Shown: positions 24,566 through 37,945, counted from the first letter of the stretch. The stretch: DNA of 64,000 nt from Camelus dromedarius (GCF_036321535.1 NC_087447.1:33296001-33360000); one strand, 5' to 3'. Numbers and translations are program-made. The notes: generated by a model from the letters alone, not told the origin.

Positions 24566-26009
24566 TTACGTTTGTGTGTATGTGTGCATATACATGAAAA
24601 AAGCGAGAATGGAAAATAAGATTGGCGTTAATGTTTATTATTACACATAGTATTATGTAAACTTAGCCTAAGTCATTCTAATTAATTAGATAGATTATCT
24701 ATTATTTCAATTAATATAAACTGAACACCTATTATGTACTAGTATCTGTGATAAGCTTCAGAGATGCGGGTGAATATGGCGACTGCCTGCCACTCAAATT
24801 CACAGCACAGCCAGGGAGACAGAGACGGATGCTGAAATTCCAGTGTCACATGTGCTATAACAAGCATCATCAAGGGTAGTGGGAACACAGACAGGATCAC
24901 CAGGCAGGATCAGAGAGCACTCGTGACAGATGGATGGATAAACGCTGTCCAGGTAGTAGAGCCAAGGGAGGGATTTCATGGCCAAGGAGATGCAAAAAGA
25001 ATCTGCATGAGCCCTTCTATTTTTCTCACGTCCATCACTCCGCAAATATCCAGGAGAAATTTTTGTCTATGTTTTGTATTTAAACACTCCTCTACCTTAA
25101 AATTGGAGCCTACAAAATTTAGAAACACCTACTTTAATCATTTACAGACAACGCAAGAGGTAATTTGGCATTAATTCTCACAGTTTGTCTCTTGGCATAA
25201 GAGACCCTTAGAGCTGAGGATCCGGGATCCCACCCATCCTGTAGCTTACACAGTGGCAAAACCTCTTCCAGCTTCTGTGGCACAAGGGCCATTGGTCTTT
25301 GCCCCAGCACAAGTCAGAACAAAACCAGGAGTGTGGAGAGAGCCAGGGCCCAGATCTCTCATTTATGGGATCCATGACCTGGGGCAAGTCACTTCCCTTC
25401 TCCAAGCTTTGGTCTCGGAGCCAACAAAACAGAGTTGGAGCTAGACGATCTCTAGAGTCCCTGCCTGTCTCAACCTTCCAGGCCGTCCAGTACACAAGAT
25501 TAAGGCTAACAGAAAAATGGCGTCTTAGTGACCATGCACCAGGGCTGCACTTTAGTGTATCTTGCCGCAGTGGTAGCTGACCCAGCAGACCCGCCCCCAC
25601 TCTGTCAAAGAACCAAAGAACTGTCAGTAAAGCTAAAAGAGAGAAAAAAAGAGTTGTATGTTCTTAAGTATGATTTATAGAAAAACGTAAAGCCCTTGAG
25701 TTGCCTGAAGTCAGGGACCAAGTCTCAATTAATTTCAAAATTTACTGTAGCGCAAAGCCTAGATACATAGGAGATGCTCTGCAAACGCCTGTTCAACTAA
25801 TTATCAGTTAACTAACGAGAACAGACAACACACTGAAGAATACACAAATTATCAATTCTGCTTGTAAATGAAATATGAATTTAATACTCATTCTATTAGT
25901 GGCTAAAAATTCCAATTGTGCTTTTAAGGACTCAGTGCAACAACTCAGGGGCAGAGGAATTGGGAGGGCATCAGGAGAAATTCTTAGCATTCAAGATTAC
26001 TCTTAGTAC

Positions 26010-26666
26010 AGATTCCTTAAGAAACTAAAAACAGAGTTACTATATGATCCAGCTATCCCACTCCTGAGCAAATATCCAGAGAAAACTCTAATGAGAAAAA
26101 ATCTATGCACCCCAATGTGCACAGCAGCACTACTTACAACAGCCAAGACACGGAAGCAACTAAATCTCCATCGACAGGTGACTGGATAAAGAAAATGTGA
26201 TACATACATACACAATGGAATACGACAGTCATAAAAAAAAGAATAAAATAATGTCTTTTGCAGCAACGTGGATGGACCTAGAGACTATCATACTAAATGA
26301 AGTAAGTTAAAGACAAATATATTATCTGTATGTGAAATCTAAAAAAAAATATGGCACAAATGAACTTATTTACAAAGCAGAAGCAGACTCACATAGAAAA
26401 CAAACCTATGGTTTCCAGGGGGAAAAGGAAGGGGAGAAGGATAACTTAGTAGTTCGGGATCGGCAGGTATAAACTACTGTAGATAAAGCAGATAAACAAG
26501 GCCCTGATGCACAGCACAGGGAACTATATTCAAAAGTTTGTAATAACCTATAATGAAAAAGAACATACACGTGTGCGTGTGTATAAATGAATCACTATGC
26601 TGTATGCCAGAAACTAACACAACAGTGTAAATCAAATATATGTCAATAAATTTTTTTTTTAAAATA
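26010..26666 (+). mobile_element. L1 3' end with TSD
   Basis: gattccttaagaaactaaaaacagagttactatatgatccagc...aataaa. TSD aagattactcttagtacag (25993-26011) / aaggttactcctagtacag (26667-26685). Confidence 0.93.
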
Positions 26667-27394
26667 AAGGTTACTCCTAGTACAGCCAAAGGTTGTAGAA
26701 GAGAACCCACTGCAAATGGAAGCAGCAGGAGACGGCATGTGACAGCCACCAAAGGAGACAGGATCAGCAGAAGAGTGTAAGTGTAAGTGTGCCTCACACC
26801 AAGGTGACTTAGAGAGGAGGGAAGTCTTCCGCTGGCTGGGAGCCACATCGGGTGGTTCCCTGTCACCCAGCCCCTGAGCAGCAGCACTTTCTTTCTGCCA
26901 CACTGAAGGCCACTTTTTGGATGGAGCAGGAGACAGGGCTGTTGGGGGAATGTGGGAGGTAGATTTGGTAAAAATCCACCAAGCCTTTTCTAGCTGTGAA
27001 CGTTCCAGACAAAGCACCTGCCACTTGCTCCGCAGCATCCTGTTACTCTGTACTTACTAAGATGAAAGCTTCTAATAAAATAGGATGGAACGGACTGTCC
27101 AGACAAGCAGGAAGACTTTCCAGTCCCCCATCCCCCGACCCTCAGCAGCTCCCACTCACTGCTAGAGACGTAACATTTATCAAGAGCAGAATGGTCCGAG
27201 TGCCCACGAAGCTGCAGAGTCTTGCCTTCTACTCGTTAATCAACGGAGATAACTGTTACAGAATATTCTTGCCCAGCCTCCTTCTAGTCTAAAGCCCTTT
27301 ATGGCCCTAATGGGCGCCCGGATCCTCCTCAGAAATGTTAGCTTCAGAGACGCGGGAATGGTTGGGAACGCACGGAGAAGCAGCTCGCCATTCC

Positions 27395-27800
27395 TGGTAG
27401 CCGTGGAGATGTTGCTCGGATCTCTCTTCAAGAAAGATCTTGCTGTTTCACTGTGAAAAGCATGGTTAGCTGACAGCATCACCCGGCCACAGCACCAGAG
27501 CAGGCACCACATACTCCCCGGGCTGCACCCAGTGAGTGAGTGAGCGCTGCAGAAGAACTAAGGCCAGAGCATCCGTGCCCCACATGGGATTCCTCCAACA
27601 GACACTCTTTTGGGGGGAGCTCTTCACTGAGGGCTCAAGATTCTGTCAGGTCTGCATGTGGTCTGGGGCTTTCCCTGCCCAAAGCTACCTCTTTCCACTT
27701 CATTTCTAATGGGCCTTCCCATTAAATTAATCGTCCCCAATAAATTATTTGCCCTTCTAACTCTATTTCAGGATCTGATTCCCTGAGAACCCCAGCGACA
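27395..27800 (+). mobile_element. LTR16-family (ERVL) solo LTR
   Basis: ggtagccgtggagatgttgctcggatctctcttcaagaaag...ggttagctgacagc...ccaataaattatttgcccttctaactctatttcaggatctgattccctgagaaccccagcgaca. Confidence 0.7.
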
Positions 27801-29330
27801 CACTGGGGATACTGGAAATGTAACTCCAGTGCACGCACGGGTCCTTTAATGCCTCCAACACCCTGCTGCTCAGGGCTGCTTCGACCAGCTCTCACTCTTC
27901 AGACTGGCAAGGTGTGAGTCAGACACCAGCCCGCCTCTGCCCTGAGCTCCCGAAATACACAAATTCTCCAGGAGTATCCATGAGGCTCTTACCAGGATGA
28001 AGGGGAAGAGGGAATTCTCTCCCCTCCCCAGTGGTGGGAAGAGCTTATTTCTGTCCAAAGAAACACTCTCTCCAATCTTCCATTTCCTTCCTTCCTCTCC
28101 CCACTTCTCAGTAGGATGAGGTGGATAGTCAAGAGTTCTCAAGCACTTCTTTGTAAGTCCTACTTAAGTGGTCCAGCACATCACTTCGGAATGAGGAAAC
28201 TGTTGCCACCTGTTGCTCTGTTCTATGGCTGTGAGCTGCTCTCCACAGGACAGGTGGAGGCCCACTGTAACACCCTGCTACATAAAGAACACTGACGTCC
28301 AGATACAGTGGCTATCAAAAGCCTCACCTGCTGCTGTAGCTTATGAAAAAGCAACACACCTGGTCTCTATAAACCCCAGTCAAACGCGCTCCGTCAGGAC
28401 GAATGGAGGCATTGCAGTGCTTTCTCCCATGGAGTCTCTGACTTCAAAAAGGAACAAGATTTTGAAAGTTATAGCTGGCTTTGTCTTTCCCAGGTTTTCT
28501 GTGGCTTTTTTTTTTTTTTAAAGTATACCTGTCCATAATTGCCAGGAGAAAGGCTATTTAAAAGATTCCATCTTCAGAGGATTCTGGCTCAAGATCAACA
28601 GCCAATGACAACCCTGAGTTTCTAACTCTGGGCCCCAAAAGGCGTGATTTGGATGACTGGACAACTCAAGAAGGTGCTCTTAGTAGTAACACTTAAGCAG
28701 TTTACAATGATCTTCAGTCTCACCCAGCCCTCAGTGACACAGGAACTGGATTAAGGTTCTTATTCGAGGTCAAACAACAACTTCGAACACCAGCTGACTG
28801 GGAGAGAAAAATTTCCCATGGCCAGAGCCACGTCTTTCATCATGATTCAGTCAATCACTGCCAACACCTTTAGTCCAACCCCATTTATGGGCCCTTTCGG
28901 GACCTCAAGGACATCATCCATCAACACTCTAATTTAAACCCCCAACCCAAACACATTCTCAAAGCCTTCATATGACTTTTCAAGTTAGCAAATATAATCA
29001 GTAAACACACTCTGGAGTATCCATGTCCTTTACAGAGCAGGTGGCCGATTAAAAGCTAAAACTTTGATACCATAATGAATAAAAGAACAACAGAATCCAC
29101 CTCATATGAAGCTGAGATGCATTTCCAGTTAAACCAGCTTAAAACTCAAAATTAAGAAAAGCCCATGCCCTTTAAAATGGACAGGAAAATTCAAGTAAGG
29201 GAAGGTGGGATTTTCTGCAGGGGGTTCAAAGGTTTTACCCATGAGGTTTTTTTTTTTTTATATATACAAAACAAGGTCCAGAGGAAGACCATTAGCAAAC
29301 GCACGATGCTTTTAAAAATCACTTGTTTTC

Positions 29331-29635
29331 CAGAAACAGACTCACAGACATAGAAAACAAACTTATAGTTACCAAGGGGGTCAGAAGGGATAAACTGGGA
29401 ACTCGAGATTTGCCGATACTAATTACTATATATAAAATAGATATAACAGCAAGGTCCTACTGTATAGCACAGGAAATTTTATTCAATATCTTATAGTAAC
29501 CTATAATGAAAAAGAATATGAAAAGGAATGTATATATGTACATGTATAATTGAAACATTATGTTGTACACGAGAAACGGACACAACACTGTAAACTGACT
29601 ATATTTCAATTAAAAAATACATCTTAAAATGAAAA
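29331..29635 (+). mobile_element. Short L1 3' UTR insertion with TSD
   Basis: cagaaacagactcacagacatagaaaacaaac...atttcaattaaaaaa. TSD aaaaatcacttgttttc (29314-29330) / aaaaatcacctgttttc (29636-29652). Confidence 0.93.
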
Positions 29636-31324
29636 AAAAATCACCTGTTTTCTATGCCATCCTATTGACAGACTTATATTGGTATCCATTTAGCCACCAG
29701 GATAGGGGGGTACTAATTTTGGAGGGTGAATTCAATGATTCCTCCTCCATGTCCTTTAAAGGCTTGCACTCTTGCCTTGGAAATACAAATAGCATGAAAC
29801 CAAAGGAAATTTAAGCTCGTGCATCGATTTTTAGGATGGAAAGTCTAAGGAACCAGTTGACTATCTGGGGTCACGTGTGTTATCACTATGAAGAATGTCA
29901 TACACCAGACAGAGTGCCGCCGGGAACCCTAGGACTAGCACACAGCTCAGCTGTAGGTAGACCAGGATCAGGGCGAGGCGGTAGCATCAGGTTAAAGCCT
30001 GATGGCGTCCCAACTGCTAGAAAAGAGCCAACTGTGATGGGTAAGGAAGCAAAGCATAGAAACAAAGAACTAGGCAGCAAGTTGCCAAACATTTTTATGT
30101 ACCGTATTCTGCCATGACAGGGGTCTGCAGTCTGGCAGGCATGGCACCCTCACCCTGGCATCTGACATCCACCATTGACTGAGAGTAGGGGCACAACATA
30201 CAGTATAAAATATTACAGGCCACCACATATTCCAAAAGTGGATGCCGTTGAGTCTTTTTACCAACCTGAGTTGAGCCTGGTGTAGAACAGGAATCTCATT
30301 TAATTTAGTCCATCAAATGACATTTGTTGCTTGTCAAGTGATCGGCGTCATCTTACTCTATTCCTATTGAAAATAGGCTCCTATTAAAAATGTATATTTC
30401 ATTTTAAGAAAAGATGAGTTTATAGACAGAAGGAAAAGTTCCATAAAAGCAGCCTCTGTAAGTAGGTAAGACATGTCATTTTCATCATCCTTGGCATCAT
30501 ATAGATTGAATTTAATCCAATCTCCCCTCATACAGAGGCAATATATACAGATGGCGGCTTTCAAGCACATTCATTAGACTGCCGAGTTAATAATGCTGAC
30601 TAGCGGGAGGATGAAAGACAGTCGAAGTCTTCCTACTGGTCAACATTATTGATCAGGCCAAAGCTGGTAAATTAGCTGCTGCTTTGGCTCAGTGGCTTCC
30701 AAAATGCATTTTGTGTCAAGGTGCTTACACACCTAGGAAAGAAGATTAATTCTGGTGATCACAGGACTGAAGGTACATAGACGGTAGAAGGTGTGAGGTA
30801 CATAATGAAAATTGTCAGCATCATTATGGAGAAGAAAAGATTGTAAACTAAGAGTGCAAAGCATATCCTTACAAAGGAAACTTCAGTAGCAGTAGCAACA
30901 ACAAAAAAATCAGCTGCAGCTAGAAGAAAGAAGAAAAAACTTACATTATCTAAATTAAATCACTTAAATGTAGGGTGTCTTGCGTTCTTATAGAGGATCA
31001 ATCTCTCAAAAGTGTTGGAAGAAAGGTATCTTTCTCTTTTTTCCACATACCTAAATGGCTCTTTATTGAAAACAGCCTACATAAATTTAAAAAAATATAC
31101 ATACACACACATATAGAGAGAGAGAGGGACAGAGAGAGAGAGACAATGAGAAAGAGAGAGAGATGGCTCCAAAGAAACTGCTTAATACTTAGTTTCTAGA
31201 AACGTTCTAAAACACTAAAGGACACAAAGTATTAAAAAGAATAAAGAAACAAGATTACAATAATTCATATAACAGTTTGCATTTTGCTTTCTGGCTTTGT
31301 CCACAGATATTAAGTAACTCATTT

Positions 31325-31586
31325 TAAATAAACTTTCTCATGTGGAATAATGTTAAATTCACAAAAAAAGTTGCTGAAGCAGTACAGTGAGGTCCTAAAT
31401 ACCCTGATCCAGTTTCCCCTCATGTTACCATCTTATCTAACCATGGTGCCTTTGTCAGAACTAAGAAATCAACATTGGTATATTCCTATTAACTAAACCC
31501 CAGACTTCATTCATATCTCACTGGTTTTTACACTAATGCCTTTTTTCTGTTCCAGGTTCCATCAAGGGTAACGTGTTGCATTTAGC
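31325..31586 (-). mobile_element. Old L1MC-type 3' end
   Basis: aaattcacaaaaaaagttgc...ccagtttcccctcatgttaccatctta...ctaagaaatcaacattggtat...ttttttctgttccagg...ttgcatttag. Confidence 0.75.
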
Positions 31587-31925
31587 ATTACTTGCCTTTT
31601 CAGGCTGGTTTGGGGAATGGACACCAAATCTGATCCTAGTTCTCTAGGTTGTAAAGTACAAAGGAACCCTTGTGTCCACATGTCTCATCCTTTAGCTTTC
31701 AATGGTGCCCAGCATCTAGTTTCATCATGTCCCTTCTGTATGACTGACATGGTGTCAGGGAACTTGGAATTTTCGATCCAAAGTAGTCACCAACTTTCAC
31801 CATTTTACTGAATCGTAAATCAGAAAGATATTGTTGGGTCCATTTGGTCATACACTGTATTTACTGGTGGATAAATTCTGTGAAATATTTCGTGATTATT
31901 TTTTCCTATTGATAATCTAGTAGTT

Positions 31926-33627
31926 GTGGTGGTAATGCCCCCCCGACACACACAGTTTTTCTAATGATTAAGGATAAGAGTTTTTTGCTAAAGCAAAATG
32001 AAAGGTATGCCCACTAGGTAAGGGAGAAGGAGAGTATGATGTAGGAAGAAAGAGAAAGCTGAAGACTTCCCAGTGAGGGCAGCATGGAGGTGGGGAAGAT
32101 TCAGAGATGATATATGAAGAATGAAGGTGGTAAGGACTTAACATCCCCAGCTCTTTAGTTCTATGGGGGCAGAGCAGGATGTAAGAAAAGGAATATGCCA
32201 CTCAACTTGCCATTTGCAAGTCTGAAGGGAAACCCTGTAATCGTGTGCTCCCACCCCAACAAGGGGAAGCTGCAACTGAACAGAAACAGATGTGTGGCAT
32301 ATTTATGCAGAGAGGACCACTGGTTCCCCAGATCCTGTGTTCTCAAAGGAAGGAATCCAGTGTGTCCTGGATCTACACCTTGCGAAGGCTCCTGAGCATG
32401 CCAGCTGGTGAGGACACTAGGGAGGGACCACAGGAGTGAGCTGCAGAATGACCCCAAGGGGGAACTGCCCAGGCAGGTGAGCAAGGGGGAGCTGCAATTA
32501 GGTCTCAGAGAACCAGCAGCCCCAGAGACAGCAGAGGTGGGAGCAACAGTCGTCAAGACGGAAGGGCCCTCCGGGATCACGCATCATGCATAGGACCCTC
32601 CGGTTGGATACAGAAGAATAGAGAGCATCCAAAGACTGGGTTAGATGAACTACATCTCACCCAAGGGCAGGCAGAGCAAAGCAGCTTGGAAAAATAATGC
32701 TCAGGCCAGCACTCCAACCCCCTGCTGAAGGACACGTAAGCACCATCTTGAGAAGATGAAGGGAAAAGAGAAGCTTCTGAAAGCTGTGAAATTTGAATAG
32801 GCTGGACACTTAGGCTTACCTAAATGAGACTGAGTTCTTCCAAATAACAGTTTTAAACAGAGAGCCAAGGACTGCTAACTGGACCCTTCTCTACTTCTTT
32901 TATCAAGAATAGGGCATGGCACTCAGAACAAGAAGCTGTCCTGCCCCTGGGGCCCTTTGGTCAGGCATCTAGAGGTTTTTACCCCCTGCCTGGCAGGGTT
33001 GCCCCCACGCAGCCCTAAAGCAGCTACAGAGGATGGACCACTGCCCCTCAGCTCTTGGTAAGACTATAGGAGTAAAGTATCTGAGCGAGGAATGAGACAG
33101 ACAGGAAGGGGGCATGGCACAACCATTAAAAGAATGACACAGCCATGGAGGGAAAAACAGGGTAAGACAGAAACTGGTTAAAACCAAGCAGGCCCAAGAT
33201 AGCAGAAGCTTTGCCCCCTAATAGACCGCGAGCCTCATTACGCGCTCACCGTAATACACTAGCATGCTGGATAACACAGCCACGGGCGCCAGGACGGTCT
33301 GCCGGCTGCCCACAGCAGGCCAAAACGTGGGCAGTGCCCCAATTCCTGGAAATCCCTACCTCGTCCCCAAAATAGTTGGAATAATCCTCCCACTCGCTCA
33401 CGTGACATTAGCCAGCCCATAATAACTAAACCCATACCCCAGGTTCCACCTTCTCAGGCATCAGCATTCACCTATGGAATAAATAAACTTGCTAAACAAA
33501 CTTGCTAAATAAACTTGCTTTCACCTAAAAAAAAAAAAAGTAGAATAAGGCATGGGACTTAGATCAGGCTGAGGAAAATAAATTCTTTTACACTGAATTG
33601 TAAGGTAGTGATTTCAATCCTGATACC
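31926..33627 (+). mobile_element. Probable ancient LTR (MamGypLTR-like) interrupted by the ERV retrocopy at 32931-33539
   Basis: Starts tgtggtggtaat, has a purine-rich body, and resumes after the insertion with aataaa and a terminal segment. Family assignment uncertain. Confidence 0.4.
32931..33539 (+). mobile_element. Processed (poly(A)-tailed) copy of a MER41-like ERV1 transcript
   Basis: Internal 3' segment, purine tract gagcgaggaa (33083-33092), LTR start tgagac (33093), MER41-like U3 (cctcattacgcgctcaccgtaatacactagcatgct; gaataatcctccc), aataaacttgctttcacct and A13. Flanked by an imperfect direct repeat at 32906-32930 / 33542-33566. Confidence 0.8.
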
Positions 33628-35429
33628 TGAGTATTAATATCTTAAGTAAAAACAAATCTTTGTAGAATGAGCATAAAATGTTTCCCTTCTTCTGTCCTTC
33701 CATCCAAATCACGTTCATTCCTCCTCTCTCACCTTCTTCATGAAACCTCCATCTGGTTCAGCCCCCAGTGACCTAACATTTCTCCGAATTCCTCCTCCCC
33801 TTAAACTCTGTAGCATTCCAGGGAGCCTGTTAGCTCTAAGGAGGTGATTTACAGGAGACAGAAGCCCTGTCTTCCTCTTCTTCTGATGCCCCCGCACTGT
33901 CCATAATGAGACGGGGCAGCACACAGATATGTGCTAATTGACTTATAGACTGACACACAGTAAAGTAAGGCAAAGAAAGCTGGGTGTAAGGATAACAAAG
34001 GGAAGAGAGGAGATAAGAAACGGAGCCACTCAGCACTTTTGGGGACGTGGAAAATGAAACTATTTAAGGAAGCCAATTTTTTTTTGTTCCCTCTCTTAGT
34101 TATTCACAGTTGCTGAAATTAATAACTATTAATCACAGGAAAAGGATAAGCTAAATTAATTTCCCTGGACAAACCACACACACCATTCCTAATGCAATCA
34201 ATTTTCTTTGCAGCAATTACGAGTTAAAAAAAAAACATAACATAAAGTCTGTGGGGGACCTGCTCCTTTGTGGCACTTGCAATTCTAAACTAAAATAACA
34301 TTGTGTAAGTGAGGAGAAGGAAGCGAGGAAGAAGTTTCCAGTGCGCGCTCTCTCCTGTTGTTATTTCAAGCTGGGGAGAGCATGGTGGAAATACAGAAAT
34401 GGGCTGAAATCCATGTCTAACATAATTGTTAAAATAAGATCTGACTGTCGCAAGGTTGACTTTGTGAGAAACAATAATTACTTGTGACACCTTATTGTGA
34501 CACCCTCCAAAGCATATGGTTACCTTACTAGAAATTAAAATTCATATTCATATAAATCTCAGCAGGGTCTCACACCAAAATAACTAGAGTAACTCCAGGG
34601 GACAAGAAATAATTCTAGTTCAGCTCTTCTAAGGCCTGGCGCTTGTAATACAAAATTTAAACCGAGTCACTTGTAAGCATAATGGCAGATTCGGAAAAGG
34701 CAGACAATCTACCCACAGCAAGCAAGAGCCACTTTGGGGACGTGTCAAACTTACCTTTTCCCCACAAATGTCCACTGCTTGGTTTCACACTTTTCAATGC
34801 AAAAAATCTCTGTGTGTCACCAACGCTGCTGCCGTCCTTCCTCACTTTTAACCGTGGACGTTCAGAAAGTGTAGCTCTTAGCTGCCTGGCTTCTTGCTCT
34901 TTCAGCCGCAGTGACCAACACACCAGATCGTAACAACAGCCAGGCTGTCTGAGCTCGTGCAGCTCTGACGCACTACAGACACTTCTCACCTGTTGGACTT
35001 CACGTGGGTTTCACCTAATTTCCTTCACTGCAGCATCCGCTGCTCAGGGAATCTTCCCGCTTTTTCATGACAAAGCTCAGTGCTTATTTTCAAAACCGGC
35101 CTGCTGAGTTCTTATCATGGTTGTTCTTGACAGTGCGCTGCTGTCCGTGGGGACAAATGGGTACGTGCGTGTCCAGACCCAACCTCCAAACCCTAAACAG
35201 CAGTGACCTGATAGCTATGAAATATGCAGCACAGTAATACGAAGTACATTAGACTCCTGGGAAGTTGTTTTAATTTAACCAGGAAATTACTTGTAAGCTA
35301 GATAAGGATTATATGATGATCACAGTTTATTGTTTTTGAAGATATGACAGAATATAGGAGTCACACTTATTTTCTCATCACGTTTCATTGAGGACGCAGG
35401 ACGTGGGGGGTATGTGACTAAAAGAAAAA

Positions 35430-36160
35430 CTCTCACTAAAGGAAAAACTCCTTGTTCCCTCTACTCACAAAACACGTCTGACACCAGACGCGTGGGCTTT
35501 TCCCCACACGAACTGATTTTCTAGACACCACCTGGGTGCCCTACAATTCAATTCAATTCTGACTCTGTGTACCTGGAGTTAGCGTCAGGTGCCACGGGTT
35601 AAGGGCTCAGTCCCCCAAGACGGCCCCGACTTCAGATGCCAGCTGCCATTCTGGCTCCCCAGACTTCCGACTGGCTCCCCAGGACCTCCTCCTCCGTTTC
35701 CGTTATTTGCTAGAGCAGCTCACAGAACCCAGGAAGCTCAGAGCGCTTTACTTACTATTACCAACTTATGACAAAGGCAATTTGAAAGAATACAAACAGA
35801 TGAAGAGACATGTCGTGTGAGGTCCAGGCCCCGTGGAGTTTGGAGTGTGCCACCCTCCTGGCACATGGGCATACTGCAGGAGAAGCTCCTGAAACCACTT
35901 CAGTTTGGGTTTTTATATTTAACCTCCAGCCCCCTCTCCCCTCCATAGACTCAGGGGTAGGGTTAAATCTCTCATCACAGGGTTGGTTCCCCCGGCAACC
36001 AGCCCCTGCTTCCAGCTACTGGTCATCTCATTAGCCTACAAAAAGACACCTATCACACTTCAAAAGACTCCAAGCGTTTTTGGAGCTTTGTACCAACTGT
36101 GCCAGGAAAGGGGATACGGCAGAGACCAAATTTAGTCATTCATTCTCTCTTTCTTTTACA
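35430..36160 (-). mobile_element. MER21-family (ERVL) LTR
   Basis: tctgacaccaga...gggtgccctacaattcaattcaattctgac...acctggagttagcgtcag...ggttaagggctcagtccc...tgctagagcagctcacagaacccagg...catctcattagc. Confidence 0.85.
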
Positions 36161-37759
36161 ACAACAACAAACCACATTTAAATACATTCATTAAGATTCT
36201 GATTGCTAGCCAAGCTAATGGACTAGCCAAAAGCTTCCCACCGCTGCCATGTCTGTGTGAGAAATGATGACAACCTCCCTGCTTGCTGCAGCAGAAGTCT
36301 CACCAACAGACCTTCCACCGCCCAGCACTGCTGTGTACTCAGTCATCAAGCAGATAGGGCACACCACCCTTAAGCTAGCATCTGCCCTGGTCTCCTGCAA
36401 GAAGTAACAACATGTCACTCATCAGTCCTGCGATCATGACTACAGTAAGTGGAACTGTAATGCACAGAACGTATAAAATGGAAACAGAATATCAACGTCT
36501 GCCTGGGGGAGTTAAGGAAGGCTTAGCGGAAGTGGCATCTCAATGCAGCCAAGAATATTATGTAAGAGTTTGCCAGGCACACAAGCAAGAGGGCATTCTA
36601 GGCAGAGAGAAACCTGCTTCACTAAAAGCAGTAAGCACAGCAAGGCAGCGATGAGCACCATGCCTGGAATTCGAAGTTTCTAGGAAGTGATACAAAATGA
36701 CGCTTCAGGGCAGGGGATTAGTGGTCACTCTGATCCAGCGGCAAGAACCCAGCACGTGGGTCAGAAGACACAGGCTCTGCTCCAGGCTGTTACCAATCAC
36801 TATTCATCTGACCTGGAACCACACCGAGCAGAGGCGCCACTGACTTCTAAGTGACACAAACTACAACTAGAACTGAGGTTCTCAACTCCTTTGGATCTCT
36901 TTTCCTCACCTATAAGATGTGCAGATTGAGCTAGATAGTTCCCAAAGATTGGAATTTCCGGAAAGCATTGCAGATGGCAAGCCCTAGCCTCCAGCATCCT
37001 GGACAGCAGTGAAGTATGTAAAGAATTCAATTTAAAAGAAAGGCCAGAAATTCAAATCACGGACTGAGCAAGAAATCTGGACACCCCGTCTTATTTATCA
37101 GACAGGCGTGCAGTAACTGAGATCACACTTAAATAGAAACCATTTCCTGCCCAGCCTCCTCGTCTGCCAAGCCCTGTTTACCGAGTTGCCCTGAAACTGT
37201 TCTTACTTACATATTCAGCAGCTTGTAACTTTGAATTAATGACTTTGCATGTAAACGTCTTTGTCTTCATAAAAATGTTATTGGGTTAAATAAAACTATT
37301 TTCAGCATTTTTTTTTTCCTGCACTCTACACAGTACTGCAGGAACCAAGGAAGGAGAGGGGTTGCAGTGCCCTTCCTGCACAATACCTGCCCCCTGGGGA
37401 GTGAGATTCTCCTCCAGTGCAACCCTTCTAGGGAACAGAGTATATGAGACGAGTTTAATTTCCTTCTGGCAAATTACCTTCCTCTGCTGGCGCGAGCAAC
37501 GTGCAGAACGACCAGCCTGGAGAATGGGGCGCTGGTGGGGACAACAGGCATCATTCCCAGAGCAGGCTCTGGTTCAGGGGCAGCCGCTCCTCAGGCTGGG
37601 AACTGGCCTTCATGTCCAGGCAGCTCCAGCGCCAGGAGGCGTTTCCTGAAAGCCACGCTAGTTTATGCAAACCACCAACCCCAGGGAGGTGCCAGTGCAC
37701 TGGCCTGACAGGAGCACCTCCTCCACTATCTTTTTCATTGTTATGTAGGGGAAAGAACT

Positions 37760-37945
37760 AGGGGTTTTGGAATCAGGGCTTTTGAGATAGTTAACTCTAG
37801 CCCAGGCTCTAGACAGATTGGGCATGTGATTTACATTTCTCAGGGTCTCAATTTATTCCTTCATAAAATGGGAGTAAGTGGTTGGAAAAATTGAATGAGA
37901 GCATGCATATGAAGTTTAGAAGGCACTCAATAAAGGTTAATGAAT
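37760..37945 (+). mobile_element. MIR SINE
   Basis: gggcatgtgatttacatttctcagggtctcaatttattccttcataaaatggg...aggcactcaataaaggtta. Confidence 0.7.

Noticed and set aside
23608..24624. Possible TSD and 3' transduction for the 23625 L1 (aagatccgcactgatgt / aagattggcgttaatgt)
   Set aside because: Only 12 of 17 positions match, too weak to separate from chance.
28328..28339. Possible 6- or 12-nt minus-strand microexon (ctacag|CAGCAG|gtgagg)
   Set aside because: Short pyrimidine tract, competing upstream AG, and no clear branch point.
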